Shown: positions 1 through 8,567 of the stretch, piece after piece | How the letters are laid out: each line of letters starts with the position of its first letter | Numbering within the stretch: the first letter of the stretch is position 1 | Source: an uncultured Candidatus Saccharibacteria bacterium | GTDB taxonomy: Bacteria; Patescibacteriota; Minisyncoccia; Phycocordibacterales; UBA918 | Reading direction: 5' to 3' | NCBI GenBank assembly: GCA_964350645.1 | Contig: CAYGJY010000002.1 | Span: 33,538 to 97,537 of the forward strand | DNA: 64,000 bases | Notes under the pieces: generated by a model | Database searches by the model: none | Seen by the model: only the letters and a program-made list of their open reading frames with translations | What the model was told of the DNA's origin: nothing | Translations under genes and position numbers: made by a program

Positions 1-996
1 CTGCCCCGTGAGATCAAGTGAACTTACATCGGCCAAGAGTAAGTGGTTGTCAGTTCCACCAGCCATCAAGCGCACACCAGCATCAAGAAACACTTTCTCC
101 ATCGCTTTGGCATTCTTCAAAATCTGCGTAGCATACTCTTTAAACTCAGGTTGCATCGCTTCATGAAACGCGACTGCCTTCGCACAAATAATGTGCATAT
201 GTGGACCACCCTGCATCCCGGGGAAGACGGCTTTATTAATTTTCTTCGCGATCTCAGCGTCTTCCCGCACCACGATCATGCCGCCGCGTGGACCGCGGAG
301 TGACTTGTGGGTCGTCATGGTCATGACATCAAAGCCGTAGTCAAATGGATTTTTCAGTACCCCGGCCGCAATCATCCCTGTCAGGTGAGCAACGTCAGCG
401 ACAGTGTACGCACCAACTTCTTTGGCGATCTCCACAAACTTCTCATAGTCAAGTTCTCGTGAGTACGCTGAGAAGCCCGCCAAGATAATCTTTGGTTTAT
501 GCTCAAGAGCCACTGCCCGCAGTTCTTCAAAGTCGATCTCACCAGTACTCGTGTCTTTCATCTTGTACCGGACAAAGTTGAAGACTTTATTGATAGCAGT
601 GGTCGGGTGACCATGGGTGAGGTGTCCACCGTGCGACAGATCCATACCAAGGACAGTGTCACCTGGTTCCATCAAGGCAAAATACATGGCGACGTTGGCC
701 GCTGCCCCTCCGAGTGGTTGCACGTTGGCGTATTTCCCTTTAAAAAGTTTGCACGCTCGCTCAATGGCGATTGTTTCCATCGCGTCAGTAAAATCCTGGC
801 CGCCATAGTAACGCTTCCCTGGATAGCCTTCTGAATATTTATTGGTGAAGACTGAACCGTTGGCTTCTCGCACCGCCATTGAAACGTAGTTTTCGCTCGG
901 GATAAGCTCAATCCCCTTTCGTTCTCGTTCTTCTTCTCCGACGAGCGTAGCGTAAATGTCTGGATCTTGGTCTTTGATGTAGTTGTATTCGTGCAT
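1..996 (-). CDS. glyA: serine hydroxymethyltransferase (GlyA). The 3' end is truncated by the window edge, so the protein lacks its C-terminus
   Basis: Reverse-strand translation of 1-996 reads MHEYNYIKDQDPDIYATLVGEEERERKGIELIPSENYVS...HLTHGHPT...TTHKSLRGPRGGMI. These are canonical SHMT motifs, including the PLP-lysine region. The ORF runs off the window start, so it is absent from the ORF track. Confidence 0.9.
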   Translation of the reverse strand, partial: MHEYNYIKDQDPDIYATLVGEEERERKGIELIPSENYVSMAVREANGSVFTNKYSEGYPGKRYYGGQDFTDAMETIAIERACKLFKGKYANVQPLGGAAANVAMYFALMEPGDTVLGMDLSHGGHLTHGHPTTAINKVFNFVRYKMKDTSTGEIDFEELRAVALEHKPKIILAGFSAYSRELDYEKFVEIAKEVGAYTVADVAHLTGMIAAGVLKNPFDYGFDVMTMTTHKSLRGPRGGMIVVREDAEIAKKINKAVFPGMQGGPHMHIICAKAVAFHEAMQPEFKEYATQILKNAKAMEKVFLDAGVRLMAGGTDNHLLLADVSSLDLTGQ

Positions 997-1069
997 GATA
1001 AAAATCATTAAGTGTATAAAGTATTCTGCTATCTACATCGTTACAACATAGTCAAAATAAAGAGTCTGG

Positions 1070-1417
1070 TTAACGATTATCGCCGCTTCCACCAATTTTA
1101 CCACGTTCTAATCGTGAGGATAATTTTTCAATATTCATGGCAGCAACGTCTTCAAGCTGATACCCGCAGGTCTCAGCTAGCTGAGCAATATACCAGAGTA
1201 CGTCGCCCACTTCTTTCATCAAAGCTTCTTTTTGCTCAGCATTCAGTTCACTAGTCCCGGTCATTCCATCGTCACGAATAAACTTCTTTAACTTGCCCGC
1301 CACTTCTCCAGCCTCATCGGCAATCCCCAAACCTAAATAAAACATCCGCTCCATTTGATACTGAGACTTGCTAACGACGGTCGCGTTGGTTTTAAATTGG
1401 TACTCGTTGAAATCCAT
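1070..1417 (-). CDS. MazG-like nucleoside triphosphate pyrophosphohydrolase (small, all-alpha)
   Basis: 115 aa. The EAGEVAGKLKK...EALMKEVGDVLWYIAQLAE pattern is typical of the MazG/HisE NTP-PPase fold. It sits inside the nucleotide-metabolism cluster. Confidence 0.6.
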   Translation of the reverse strand: MDFNEYQFKTNATVVSKSQYQMERMFYLGLGIADEAGEVAGKLKKFIRDDGMTGTSELNAEQKEALMKEVGDVLWYIAQLAETCGYQLEDVAAMNIEKLSSRLERGKIGGSGDNR

Positions 1418-1420
1418 AAT

Positions 1421-2092
1421 CTACACGTGTTTAGAGACTAGTTGATACACTTCCTGATGAATATCATCACGCGTTCGCATCTGACCATCTTTCATACATT
1501 CAATCTGTTGCCAACAGTTGAGTTTTTCAACCACAATTCGAGCGGCTCGATCAGTTTGCTTTTGATGTTCTAGATTAGTTTCTGCTACATCAAGCACATT
1601 TTCTTTTTTATCGGCTGCGTGTTGTAGCATCTTAATTCGCTCCTCGGGATCAACGCTAAAATATAAAATAAGATCAGGGCGCGGTAACCCAAGAACTTTA
1701 TGTTCCATCTGATCGAGCCACTCTAAAAAACTCTCCATTTCTGCTGGATCAGCAATCTTTGATCCCTGGTGAAGCATATTTGAGCTTACGTAGCGATCGA
1801 GGACCACAATTCGACCTTCAGCCAACCACTCTTCAATTTGTGGTTTTGATTCAAATCGATCAGCTGCATACAGTGTTGAAGCAATCCGTGGGTCAATATG
1901 CAAAAAATCACCCCGCTTGCCATCAAGGCATTCCCGCAGTAGCCCCCCAAAGAAATTATGCTTATAACGTGGAAAATCGAGTGTTCCGGTTTGATGACCA
2001 TCTTGAATCAACTGATGCACCAACATATCAGTCTGAGTCTGCTTCCCTGCTCCATCGCCACCATCAATTACAATGAGTTTTCCTGTTGCCAT
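1421..2092 (-). CDS. tmk: thymidylate kinase
   Basis: P-loop IVIDGGDGAGKQTQ near the N-terminus, DRY-like LDRY motif, length 223 aa. Confidence 0.8.
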   Translation of the reverse strand: MATGKLIVIDGGDGAGKQTQTDMLVHQLIQDGHQTGTLDFPRYKHNFFGGLLRECLDGKRGDFLHIDPRIASTLYAADRFESKPQIEEWLAEGRIVVLDRYVSSNMLHQGSKIADPAEMESFLEWLDQMEHKVLGLPRPDLILYFSVDPEERIKMLQHAADKKENVLDVAETNLEHQKQTDRAARIVVEKLNCWQQIECMKDGQMRTRDDIHQEVYQLVSKHV

Positions 2093-2094
2093 AT

Positions 2095-2595
2095 TTATTC
2101 AAATTGTTTTCCAATAATATTACCTGGATTGTTTTTATCAAACAACACTTCACTCCCTTCAAGTAGATAGACATCTTTAATGCCAGCTGCAATCATTGCC
2201 TCCCAGCACGGCTGACAGCACCACCAATGTCCCCAGAGATAGAGATCAGCTCCGCTAGTATCTACCCCTTTTTCTCGAGCTTCATTAATGGCTGATTGTT
2301 CACCATGGTTTTTTGGGTGACAGCCTTCGCATAACTCATACCCTTGTCCCGAAGGTACGTTTTGTTTTATTCGTTCACACTCATGCGTCTTATGGTACTC
2401 ACTACCATTTGCCCCAGCCGCAACAATAGTACCTTCACTGACAATCACTGAAGCATTAGGCATGACCTGATCTAATGAATGTTCTCGAGCAAAATCTTTA
2501 GCAGCCACTATAAACTCATTAGTTGCCGAGACATACTTGATCTCTATTCCTTCAGGTAAATAGGGGTACTCAATTTTTTTACTCATATCTGACAT
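2095..2595 (-). CDS. dCMP deaminase (ComEB-like). The start is probably at the internal Met MSDMSKK
   Basis: Zinc-binding HGEQSAI (H[AG]E) and PCWEAM (PCxxC) motifs of the cytidine/deoxycytidylate deaminase family. Confidence 0.7.
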   Translation of the reverse strand: MSDMSKKIEYPYLPEGIEIKYVSATNEFIVAAKDFAREHSLDQVMPNASVIVSEGTIVAAGANGSEYHKTHECERIKQNVPSGQGYELCEGCHPKNHGEQSAINEAREKGVDTSGADLYLWGHWWCCQPCWEAMIAAGIKDVYLLEGSEVLFDKNNPGNIIGKQFE

Positions 2596-2689
2596 GGGGG
2601 GTATTCTGCTGACATAATGAACAAATTGTACCACAAGAAAAATAAGCTTAAATCTTGGCCCAAATGGGCTTGTCTAGTAGAATTGGGAC

Positions 2690-3538
2690 ATGGAAACACT
2701 CATCAATGGCTATGATATAGCGTATCAAAAAGCACTAAAAGACATCATGGAAAAAGGGATTCGCGAGGTCAACGAGCGTACCGGGCACGAAACCGCTACT
2801 TTGCCCGGCGTCAGCTTCAGCCTTGACCTTGAAACTGACGGTTTTCCGATGCTCTCACTGCGGAAAGTGCCAATCAAGATGTTTGTTGCTGAGCAAGTCT
2901 GGTTTATCGCTGGCTTACGCAAGCCGGCCGACTTCCTTCGTGAATACACCAAAATCTGGGATGATTTCACTAACCCAGGCGACACCGTGACTGTCGCTTA
3001 TGGCTACCGGTGGCGTCATCACTTCGGTCGTGATCAGCTCGGCGACTTGATCACCCTCCTCGAAAACGAACCAAGTTCTCGCCATGGCATCGTGCTGGCG
3101 TGGGACCCGGGCAGCGATGGTCTTGGCGGCACTAAACGCGCTAACGTACCTTGCCCGTTTGGTTTCTCCGTTAACATTGTGGGTGGTCGCCTTCATCTTC
3201 ATAACTTTGTACGCTCCAATGACATGATGCTTGGTAACCCCGCCGATGTCGCTGGCTTTGCGCTTCTGCAGTGTATCTTGGCTGAGCGACTTGGTGTTCG
3301 CCCTGGCATTTACACCCACTCAATCTCAAACGCGCACATCTACGATATTCACTACGAACAAGCCAAGGAGGTTATTAGTCGTACCAGCTCTCAAAAACCA
3401 ATTCATGTGAGCATTCCTGAAAGTGCGTTTGCTCGCGCTGAAGCCAAAGACGGCTCATTAGTTGAGGAAATCGCTGCCAGTATTGAAGACCAGTATGAAC
3501 CACAGGCCGCCATTAAAGGTTTAAAAATTGTTTTATAA
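2690..3538 (+). CDS. thymidylate synthase family enzyme (ThyA-like). Asp186 sits at the position of the invariant Asn177 of E. coli ThyA
   Basis: Aligns along its whole length to E. coli ThyA: ERTGHET/DRTGTGT, EQVWFIAG/ELLWFLQG, AYGYRWRHH/VYGKQWRAW, and catalytic VPC155. The motif MMLGNPADVAGFALL corresponds to VFLGLPFNIASYALL. Confidence 0.75.
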   Translation: METLINGYDIAYQKALKDIMEKGIREVNERTGHETATLPGVSFSLDLETDGFPMLSLRKVPIKMFVAEQVWFIAGLRKPADFLREYTKIWDDFTNPGDTVTVAYGYRWRHHFGRDQLGDLITLLENEPSSRHGIVLAWDPGSDGLGGTKRANVPCPFGFSVNIVGGRLHLHNFVRSNDMMLGNPADVAGFALLQCILAERLGVRPGIYTHSISNAHIYDIHYEQAKEVISRTSSQKPIHVSIPESAFARAEAKDGSLVEEIAASIEDQYEPQAAIKGLKIVL

Positions 3539-3543
3539 TTGTT

Positions 3544-4194
3544 ATGTCAGTTCTCACCAAAGACGAAATCCTTGACCGCATTGATAAAGGCGATATTGCC
3601 ATTGAACCATCTGTCGACCAGTTCCAAATCCAAGCCCACTCGGTTGATCTGCGACTCGGGTTCACCTTTATGCTCCCAAAACAATATGTGTTAACGCAAA
3701 AAGGCCGCGAAGCTCTGCAGATCGACCCTCTCTTAAACCACGGACCGGAATATTTCGATGTCATTGAACTTGAACAAGGTCAATATTTTGAACTACTTCC
3801 TGGTGAGCACGTCCTTGTCTCTAGTCTTGAAAATATTAAAGTCCCAAAAGACCTGATGGCGATTCTCTACCCTCGTTCATCGGTAAACCGTAAAGGGTTA
3901 TCAGTTGACCTAACTGGAATTATTGATTCTGGCTACGAAGGTGTCCTCACCCTCCCAGTACGCAACAATACGTCAGCGCAAATCATCCGCTTGTATCCGG
4001 GAGAACGTTTTTGCCAAGTAGTTTTTGAAGCTCTCACCCATGCAGTTGATGCTCGGCCCAGCCGTTGGCACAAGAAAGATGTCGTTGAAAAGGGTGAAAA
4101 AGAGATTGGTATTGAAATCGAATTGATTCGTGACGGAAAAATAAAAGAGCTCAAAACAGACTACAACGTAATGAAACCTACTGCCGATGTATAA
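3544..4194 (+). CDS. dcd: dCTP deaminase
   Basis: HSVDLRLG and PRSS...G motifs of the Dcd/dUTPase beta-barrel family. Confidence 0.8.
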   Translation: MSVLTKDEILDRIDKGDIAIEPSVDQFQIQAHSVDLRLGFTFMLPKQYVLTQKGREALQIDPLLNHGPEYFDVIELEQGQYFELLPGEHVLVSSLENIKVPKDLMAILYPRSSVNRKGLSVDLTGIIDSGYEGVLTLPVRNNTSAQIIRLYPGERFCQVVFEALTHAVDARPSRWHKKDVVEKGEKEIGIEIELIRDGKIKELKTDYNVMKPTADV

Positions 4195-4705
4195 AGAGAT
4201 ACCAGTTGTCATTGTGGCCGCAATGAGCCAGGAGCAACGAGTAATCGGTAAAGACAATGCCCTGCTCTGGGATTTGCCAGAAGATCGAGCACACTTTCGT
4301 GACGAAACCCGTGGCAAACCAGTTGTATTGGGGCGTAAGACCTTTGAGTCAATTCTGAGTATCTTAGGAAAGCCTTTACCCCAGCGGCCCAATATTGTCG
4401 TGACCAGAAATCGTGACTATCACACTGAGTACGATAATGTAACAATGGTTGAATCACTGGAAGCTGGACTCGAAGCGGCGGCAGCTACGCTGCCGCCTGA
4501 AATCCATATCGGTGGCGGTTCACAACTTTACGAAGTCGCCTTCCCGTACGTTGATGAGTTACGACTTACCTTAATTAATGACGAACCAAACGGTGATGCA
4601 TTTTTCCCAGACTACACTGCAGATTTTATCGAAACGGAACGCTCAGAACCTAAAACTGAAAACGGCATTTCCTACACATGGGTGACATTTACACGCGCTC
4701 ATTAA
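4187..4705 (+). CDS. folA: dihydrofolate reductase
   Basis: VVIVAAMSQEQRVIGKDNALLW, VVLGRKTFESI and GGGSQLY motifs. Overlaps the dcd stop by 8 nt. Confidence 0.85.
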   Translation: MYKEIPVVIVAAMSQEQRVIGKDNALLWDLPEDRAHFRDETRGKPVVLGRKTFESILSILGKPLPQRPNIVVTRNRDYHTEYDNVTMVESLEAGLEAAAATLPPEIHIGGGSQLYEVAFPYVDELRLTLINDEPNGDAFFPDYTADFIETERSEPKTENGISYTWVTFTRAH

Positions 4706-5504
4706 TTGCTTGATAAACGTGTATAAATTGCTTCGTAGCTGCAACATCATGGACTCGAAAAATATCGACTTGCGCTTTAAGCCCGGCTACCAGACTCGCC
4801 AACGAACCTGGTAACCGCTGGTCAGTCGGCACCTCCACACCCATAATCTTTTCAATAAACCTCTTACGCGACGTACCGAGAAGAGTTCGTGCCCCAAGAG
4901 TATTGAAACGCTCTAGATTCGTAAGCAGAGTAAGGTTATGTTCAAGCGTTTTACCGAAGCCAATTCCTACATCGACATAAATATTTTCTCTACTGAGGCC
5001 AGATGTCTCAATAGCAGCAATTCTCTCCTCCAAAAACGCATACACTTCTTCAATCACATCATCATACTGCGGGTGAGCTTGCATCGTACCAGGCTCGCCT
5101 TGCATATGCATCACACATACCGGGACCTGGGCAGCACTAGCTACTTCAAGCGCATCAGCTTCGCGAAGTGCCGCAACATCATTAATCATTGTTGCTCCAG
5201 CCTTAACTGCGTCTGTCATGACTGCAGCATGTCGACTATCGATTGAAATTGGAATGTCTGTTTCTTTACGCAATCCCTCAATCACCGGCAATACTCGACT
5301 TAATTCTTCACCAACAGCGACTTCTGCAGCTCCTGGCCGAGTGCTTTCGCCACCAATATCTACTATATCTGCTCCTTCAGCAATCAGTTGCAGTCCGTGA
5401 GCAATCGCTTTCTCGGTTTCTAGAAATTGCCCACCATCACTAAAACTGTTCGGTGTAACATTCACAATCCCCATAATCTTTGGTTGATACGCAGATTTAA
5501 TCAT
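4689..5504 (-). CDS. folP: dihydropteroate synthase
   Basis: IMGIVNVTPNSFSDGG and DIVDIGGESTRPG pterin-binding motifs. The start is taken at MIKSAYQ. Confidence 0.85.
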   Translation of the reverse strand: MIKSAYQPKIMGIVNVTPNSFSDGGQFLETEKAIAHGLQLIAEGADIVDIGGESTRPGAAEVAVGEELSRVLPVIEGLRKETDIPISIDSRHAAVMTDAVKAGATMINDVAALREADALEVASAAQVPVCVMHMQGEPGTMQAHPQYDDVIEEVYAFLEERIAAIETSGLSRENIYVDVGIGFGKTLEHNLTLLTNLERFNTLGARTLLGTSRKRFIEKIMGVEVPTDQRLPGSLASLVAGLKAQVDIFRVHDVAATKQFIHVYQAINERV

Positions 5505-6735
5505 CATTTTTTTTAATTGGTTGGTCAGCCACATTCGCCATATATTCATTGATATGTTTGCCTGTCATCGGATGACGCCACTCCGGATTAAGATCGTAGA
5601 GTGGCTGCAAGACAAAAGCTCTCTCAAACATCCGTGGATGAGGTACCGATAGAACATCACTGTGCAGAGCATATTCACCAAAGGTCAAAATATCAAGGTC
5701 TAAGACTCGTGGTGCATTTTGTACTGTGCGTACCCGACCAAATTCTTCTTCAATACTATGCAGTACTTTCAGAAGCTCATGTGCGGTCAACATGGTCGTA
5801 ACCTCAATCACTTGATTAAAATACCAAGGATCATCTGATACTGGGACTGGGGCGGTTTTGTATACTGGTGAGACAGCAATAACTTCAATCCTCTGCAAAC
5901 TAATTGCGGCAATCGCTTTTTTCAGTGTCTCTGCTGGAGTGCCAAATTTTGAATCAAGATTCGCTCCCAAACCAATATATGATCTGGTTTCTTTTTGCTC
6001 TTGGGGTGAGAGATGCCCTTCAAACAATACACGAAACATATCGTTCTGTGGTTCAATCAAAAACGAGTGCCGGCGATCAATATCTGTGAAACGAAGTCCT
6101 GGCACGTTGCGTGCAATCACCACTGGCTGACATTCAGCCACCTCACCCATAACCAGTGAAGCGCCCGCTGCAAGCGAATCAATCATATTACTTGATGACA
6201 CATGGATCTCTCTACCAAACAAATCTTTCTTACCTTTATGGAACTCAATTGGTTCTATCCCCCAAAATGCAATCGACACCCCCATACACCCAAACCGTAA
6301 TGGCGTTAAGTGACTATCAGTAATGATAACGCCAACATTTTTAAGGTTATGTTTGTCTTTAAGGTACTGCCAAATTTCTTTAGCTGCACCAAAAGCGTCT
6401 GCTGGCAGTAAAGAATAGTACCCAGCACTATTACTTTCATCAATTCCGGCTGACGCAAGGAAGGTATTGTACTTGATGGTCAGCGGGTATTTATAATATG
6501 AGCGATCAATCACGTGTTCAGCCTCTTCGGCTACCAGAGTGGCTTTATCGGTGCCTTCAATTGGTATACAGCGCCCTTGATGAATCGCGATTACCTTAGA
6601 GGATACTAAAACCACATCACCCTCTTCAACAATCGTAAGCGACTCATCAAGTACGGCAAAGAGGTCATCTTGCGGTGGCTGTAGTATACGGGTTTTGATT
6701 GGGATAAACTCCATGTTATTTACTTTTACGGACAA
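5497..6735 (-). CDS. fusion protein. The N-terminal domain is a CofE/F420-0:gamma-glutamyl ligase-like domain (FolC2-type dihydrofolate synthase candidate). The C-terminal domain is 6-hydroxymethyl-7,8-dihydropterin pyrophosphokinase (FolK)
   Basis: N-terminal motifs: DVVLVSSKVIAIHQGR, ASAGIDESNS, IITDSH...FG. C-terminal motifs: IGLGANLDS, RVLDLDILTFGE, PHPRMFERAFVLQPL. Confidence 0.7.
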   Translation of the reverse strand: MSVKVNNMEFIPIKTRILQPPQDDLFAVLDESLTIVEEGDVVLVSSKVIAIHQGRCIPIEGTDKATLVAEEAEHVIDRSYYKYPLTIKYNTFLASAGIDESNSAGYYSLLPADAFGAAKEIWQYLKDKHNLKNVGVIITDSHLTPLRFGCMGVSIAFWGIEPIEFHKGKKDLFGREIHVSSSNMIDSLAAGASLVMGEVAECQPVVIARNVPGLRFTDIDRRHSFLIEPQNDMFRVLFEGHLSPQEQKETRSYIGLGANLDSKFGTPAETLKKAIAAISLQRIEVIAVSPVYKTAPVPVSDDPWYFNQVIEVTTMLTAHELLKVLHSIEEEFGRVRTVQNAPRVLDLDILTFGEYALHSDVLSVPHPRMFERAFVLQPLYDLNPEWRHPMTGKHINEYMANVADQPIKKNDD

Positions 6736-7063
6736 CCGTAGCTACGACAGCGTTTTTCAATGCTGCAGGTTTTTGCACTTCTACTTCTACCCGTTGTACC
6801 TCACGATACTGCAAACAAAGATCTGCAATCGCATGGGCAAACGTTTCAATTAGATAGGGTTGTTTCTCTTCGGCATACTTCTCAATCATCATAGCGACTG
6901 CATCATAGTCGAAGGTAGTTTCAATGTCATCGTCGAGACTTGGCCGCGTGTGCTCAATAGTCAGATTCAACACCAGTGTCTGACGTTTGCTGCGCTCGAC
7001 ATCATAGACGCCAATCACTGGTTCAATGTTGAAGTTTGAAATGGTAATAGTGTGCAGTTCCAT
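6716..7063 (-). CDS. folB: dihydroneopterin aldolase
   Basis: IGVYDVERSKRQTLVLNLTIE pattern. Start at internal Met MELHTITI. Overlaps the folK start. Confidence 0.8.
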   Translation of the reverse strand: MELHTITISNFNIEPVIGVYDVERSKRQTLVLNLTIEHTRPSLDDDIETTFDYDAVAMMIEKYAEEKQPYLIETFAHAIADLCLQYREVQRVEVEVQKPAALKNAVVATVVRKSK

Positions 7064-7099
7064 AGTGTTATATGTATGGCCTTGAAAGTACCACACATC

Positions 7100-7130
7100 A
7101 AAAGCCGGCGCCATAGGCGCCGGCTTTTGC
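7100..7130. terminator. intrinsic terminator hairpin downstream of rplK (GCCGGCGCC-ATAG-GCGCCGGC followed by T-run). Palindromic and probably bidirectional
   Basis: Perfect 9-bp GC stem with a tetraloop and flanking A/T runs. Confidence 0.7.
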
Positions 7131-7145
7131 AAACGTGAGAAGTAA

Positions 7146-7571
7146 TTATCCTTTTACATGGACTCCCATGCTCTTGCAAGTACCCTCGATGATTTTCATC
7201 GCTGCTTCAATTGAAGCGGCGTTAAGGTCAACCATCTTTGCTTCTGCAATTTCTTTAATCTGAGCCTTAGTAATATCACCAACTTTTGATGTCAGGTTCT
7301 TACTTGAGCCCTTATCTTTACCAATTGCTTTCAGAATCATTCGTGATGCTGGAGTAGTCTTACACTCAAAAGTGAATGACCGGTCATCGTAAACCTTAAT
7401 GATTGTTGGAACAATCTCTCCCATACGCTCACGCGTTTGTTCATTAAACTGGTTAACGAATTCACCAATGTTAATCCCAGCCTGTCCGAGCACCGGACCA
7501 AGTGGTGGAGCTGGAGTCGCCTTACCACCGACAGCTTGTACTTTAATTTGTTTGAGTAGTTTTTTTGCCAT
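7146..7571 (-). CDS. rplK: 50S ribosomal protein L11
   Basis: MAKKLLKQIKVQAVGGKATPAPPLGPVLGQ is a near-universal L11 N-terminus. Confidence 0.9.
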   Translation of the reverse strand: MAKKLLKQIKVQAVGGKATPAPPLGPVLGQAGINIGEFVNQFNEQTRERMGEIVPTIIKVYDDRSFTFECKTTPASRMILKAIGKDKGSSKNLTSKVGDITKAQIKEIAEAKMVDLNAASIEAAMKIIEGTCKSMGVHVKG

Positions 7572-7716
7572 GATTTAGTTTGTTATGTATATGCGTCAGC
7601 GACGCAGTTGAAGCTTCCATAACGTAACAGCGTGGCAAATACTACAAGAAATAGTGGCTTTTAGCAATACTAAAAGGCGGCCAGCAAAGCTGGCCGCCTT
7701 TTGGTATTTTCTCTAT

Positions 7717-8262
7717 CTACCCTTTTCGAATCTGCAAAAAATCAAGCTCTACTGGAGTCTCTCGACCGAACATCGATACCAAAACTTTTACCTTACCGCG
7801 ATCTTCGTCGATCTCACCCACCTTCCCTTCCAGGTCTTTGAATGGCCCGTCAGTAATAAAGACAATATCGTCGATCGCCATATCAACCTGATGTTTTGGC
7901 GCATCTTGTTCCATACGATTCAGAAGCGCCTTCAGCTCATCATCGCGCAGTGGCACTGGCTGGGTACCACTACCGACGAAACCAGTAACTCGTGGTGTGT
8001 TACGCACAACGTACCATGATTCGTCGTTCACAATCATCTCAACAAGCACATACCCTGGATACACTCGTTCTTCTTCAGTCACACGCTTGCCGCCTTTCAC
8101 TCGAATCTTTTTTTCAGTTGGTACCACCACATCGAAAATCTGGTCTTGCATACCAAGTGATTCGATACGCTGCTTAAGGTTTCGAGACACAGCGTTTTCA
8201 TACCCAGAATAAGTATGAATCGCGTACCAATGTCGAGCGCCGTCTGTCTGTTGTTTAGCCAT
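7717..8262 (-). CDS. nusG: transcription termination/antitermination factor NusG
   Basis: WYAIHTYSGYEN NGN-domain start and C-terminal KOW (GKVGEIDEDRGKVKVLVSMFGRETPVELDF). The start is at MAKQQ; the longer ORF-track start overlaps secE. Confidence 0.9.
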   Translation of the reverse strand: MAKQQTDGARHWYAIHTYSGYENAVSRNLKQRIESLGMQDQIFDVVVPTEKKIRVKGGKRVTEEERVYPGYVLVEMIVNDESWYVVRNTPRVTGFVGSGTQPVPLRDDELKALLNRMEQDAPKHQVDMAIDDIVFITDGPFKDLEGKVGEIDEDRGKVKVLVSMFGRETPVELDFLQIRKG

Positions 8263-8263
8263 A

Positions 8264-8443
8264 TTAAATAATTGCGTTAAGAAGGCCAGTAAAGACATAG
8301 TCAAACGCCCCCACAAATAAAGCGACAATGATTGATACGATAATTACCAACACACTGAAAACAAGAGCTTGCTTCTGGGTTGGCCATGACACGTGCTTCA
8401 TTTCAGCTTTCGTATCACGAAGATAATTTCCAAATCGAGACAT
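8264..8443 (-). CDS. secE: preprotein translocase subunit SecE. 59 aa, below the ORF-track cutoff
   Basis: Translation is MSRFGNYLRDTKAEMKHVSWPTQKQALVFSVLVIIVSIIVALFVGAFDYVFTGLLNAII. It has a single TM helix. Its stop lies 1 nt from the nusG start, the classic secE-nusG arrangement. Confidence 0.65.
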   Translation of the reverse strand: MSRFGNYLRDTKAEMKHVSWPTQKQALVFSVLVIIVSIIVALFVGAFDYVFTGLLNAII

Positions 8444-8504
8444 AATAATTAATTGAGTTTAAAAAAACACCCCGCGGGTGGATTTCTGTAATCATACTCC
8501 TCTA

Positions 8505-8555
8505 AAACAAAAACGCAAGCGGGGCGGCCGAAGGCCGCCCCGCTTGCGTTTTTCC
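8505..8555. terminator. bidirectional intrinsic terminator (ACGCAAGCGGGGCGGCC-GAAG-GGCCGCCCCGCTTGCGT + TTTTT)
   Basis: 17-bp perfect stem with A-run upstream and T-run downstream. Separates the SIMPL gene from secE. Confidence 0.75.
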
Positions 8556-8567
8556 TCCCCTCTGTGG

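Noticed and set aside
7108-7122. Identical 15-mer GGCGCCATAGGCGCC in the terminators after rplK and rpsT (also at 50485-50499)
   Set aside because: A rough estimate of the expected number of chance 15-mer matches in a 64 kb window came out near one, so this is not significant by itself. The GC stem plus tetraloop design is shared by most terminators here.
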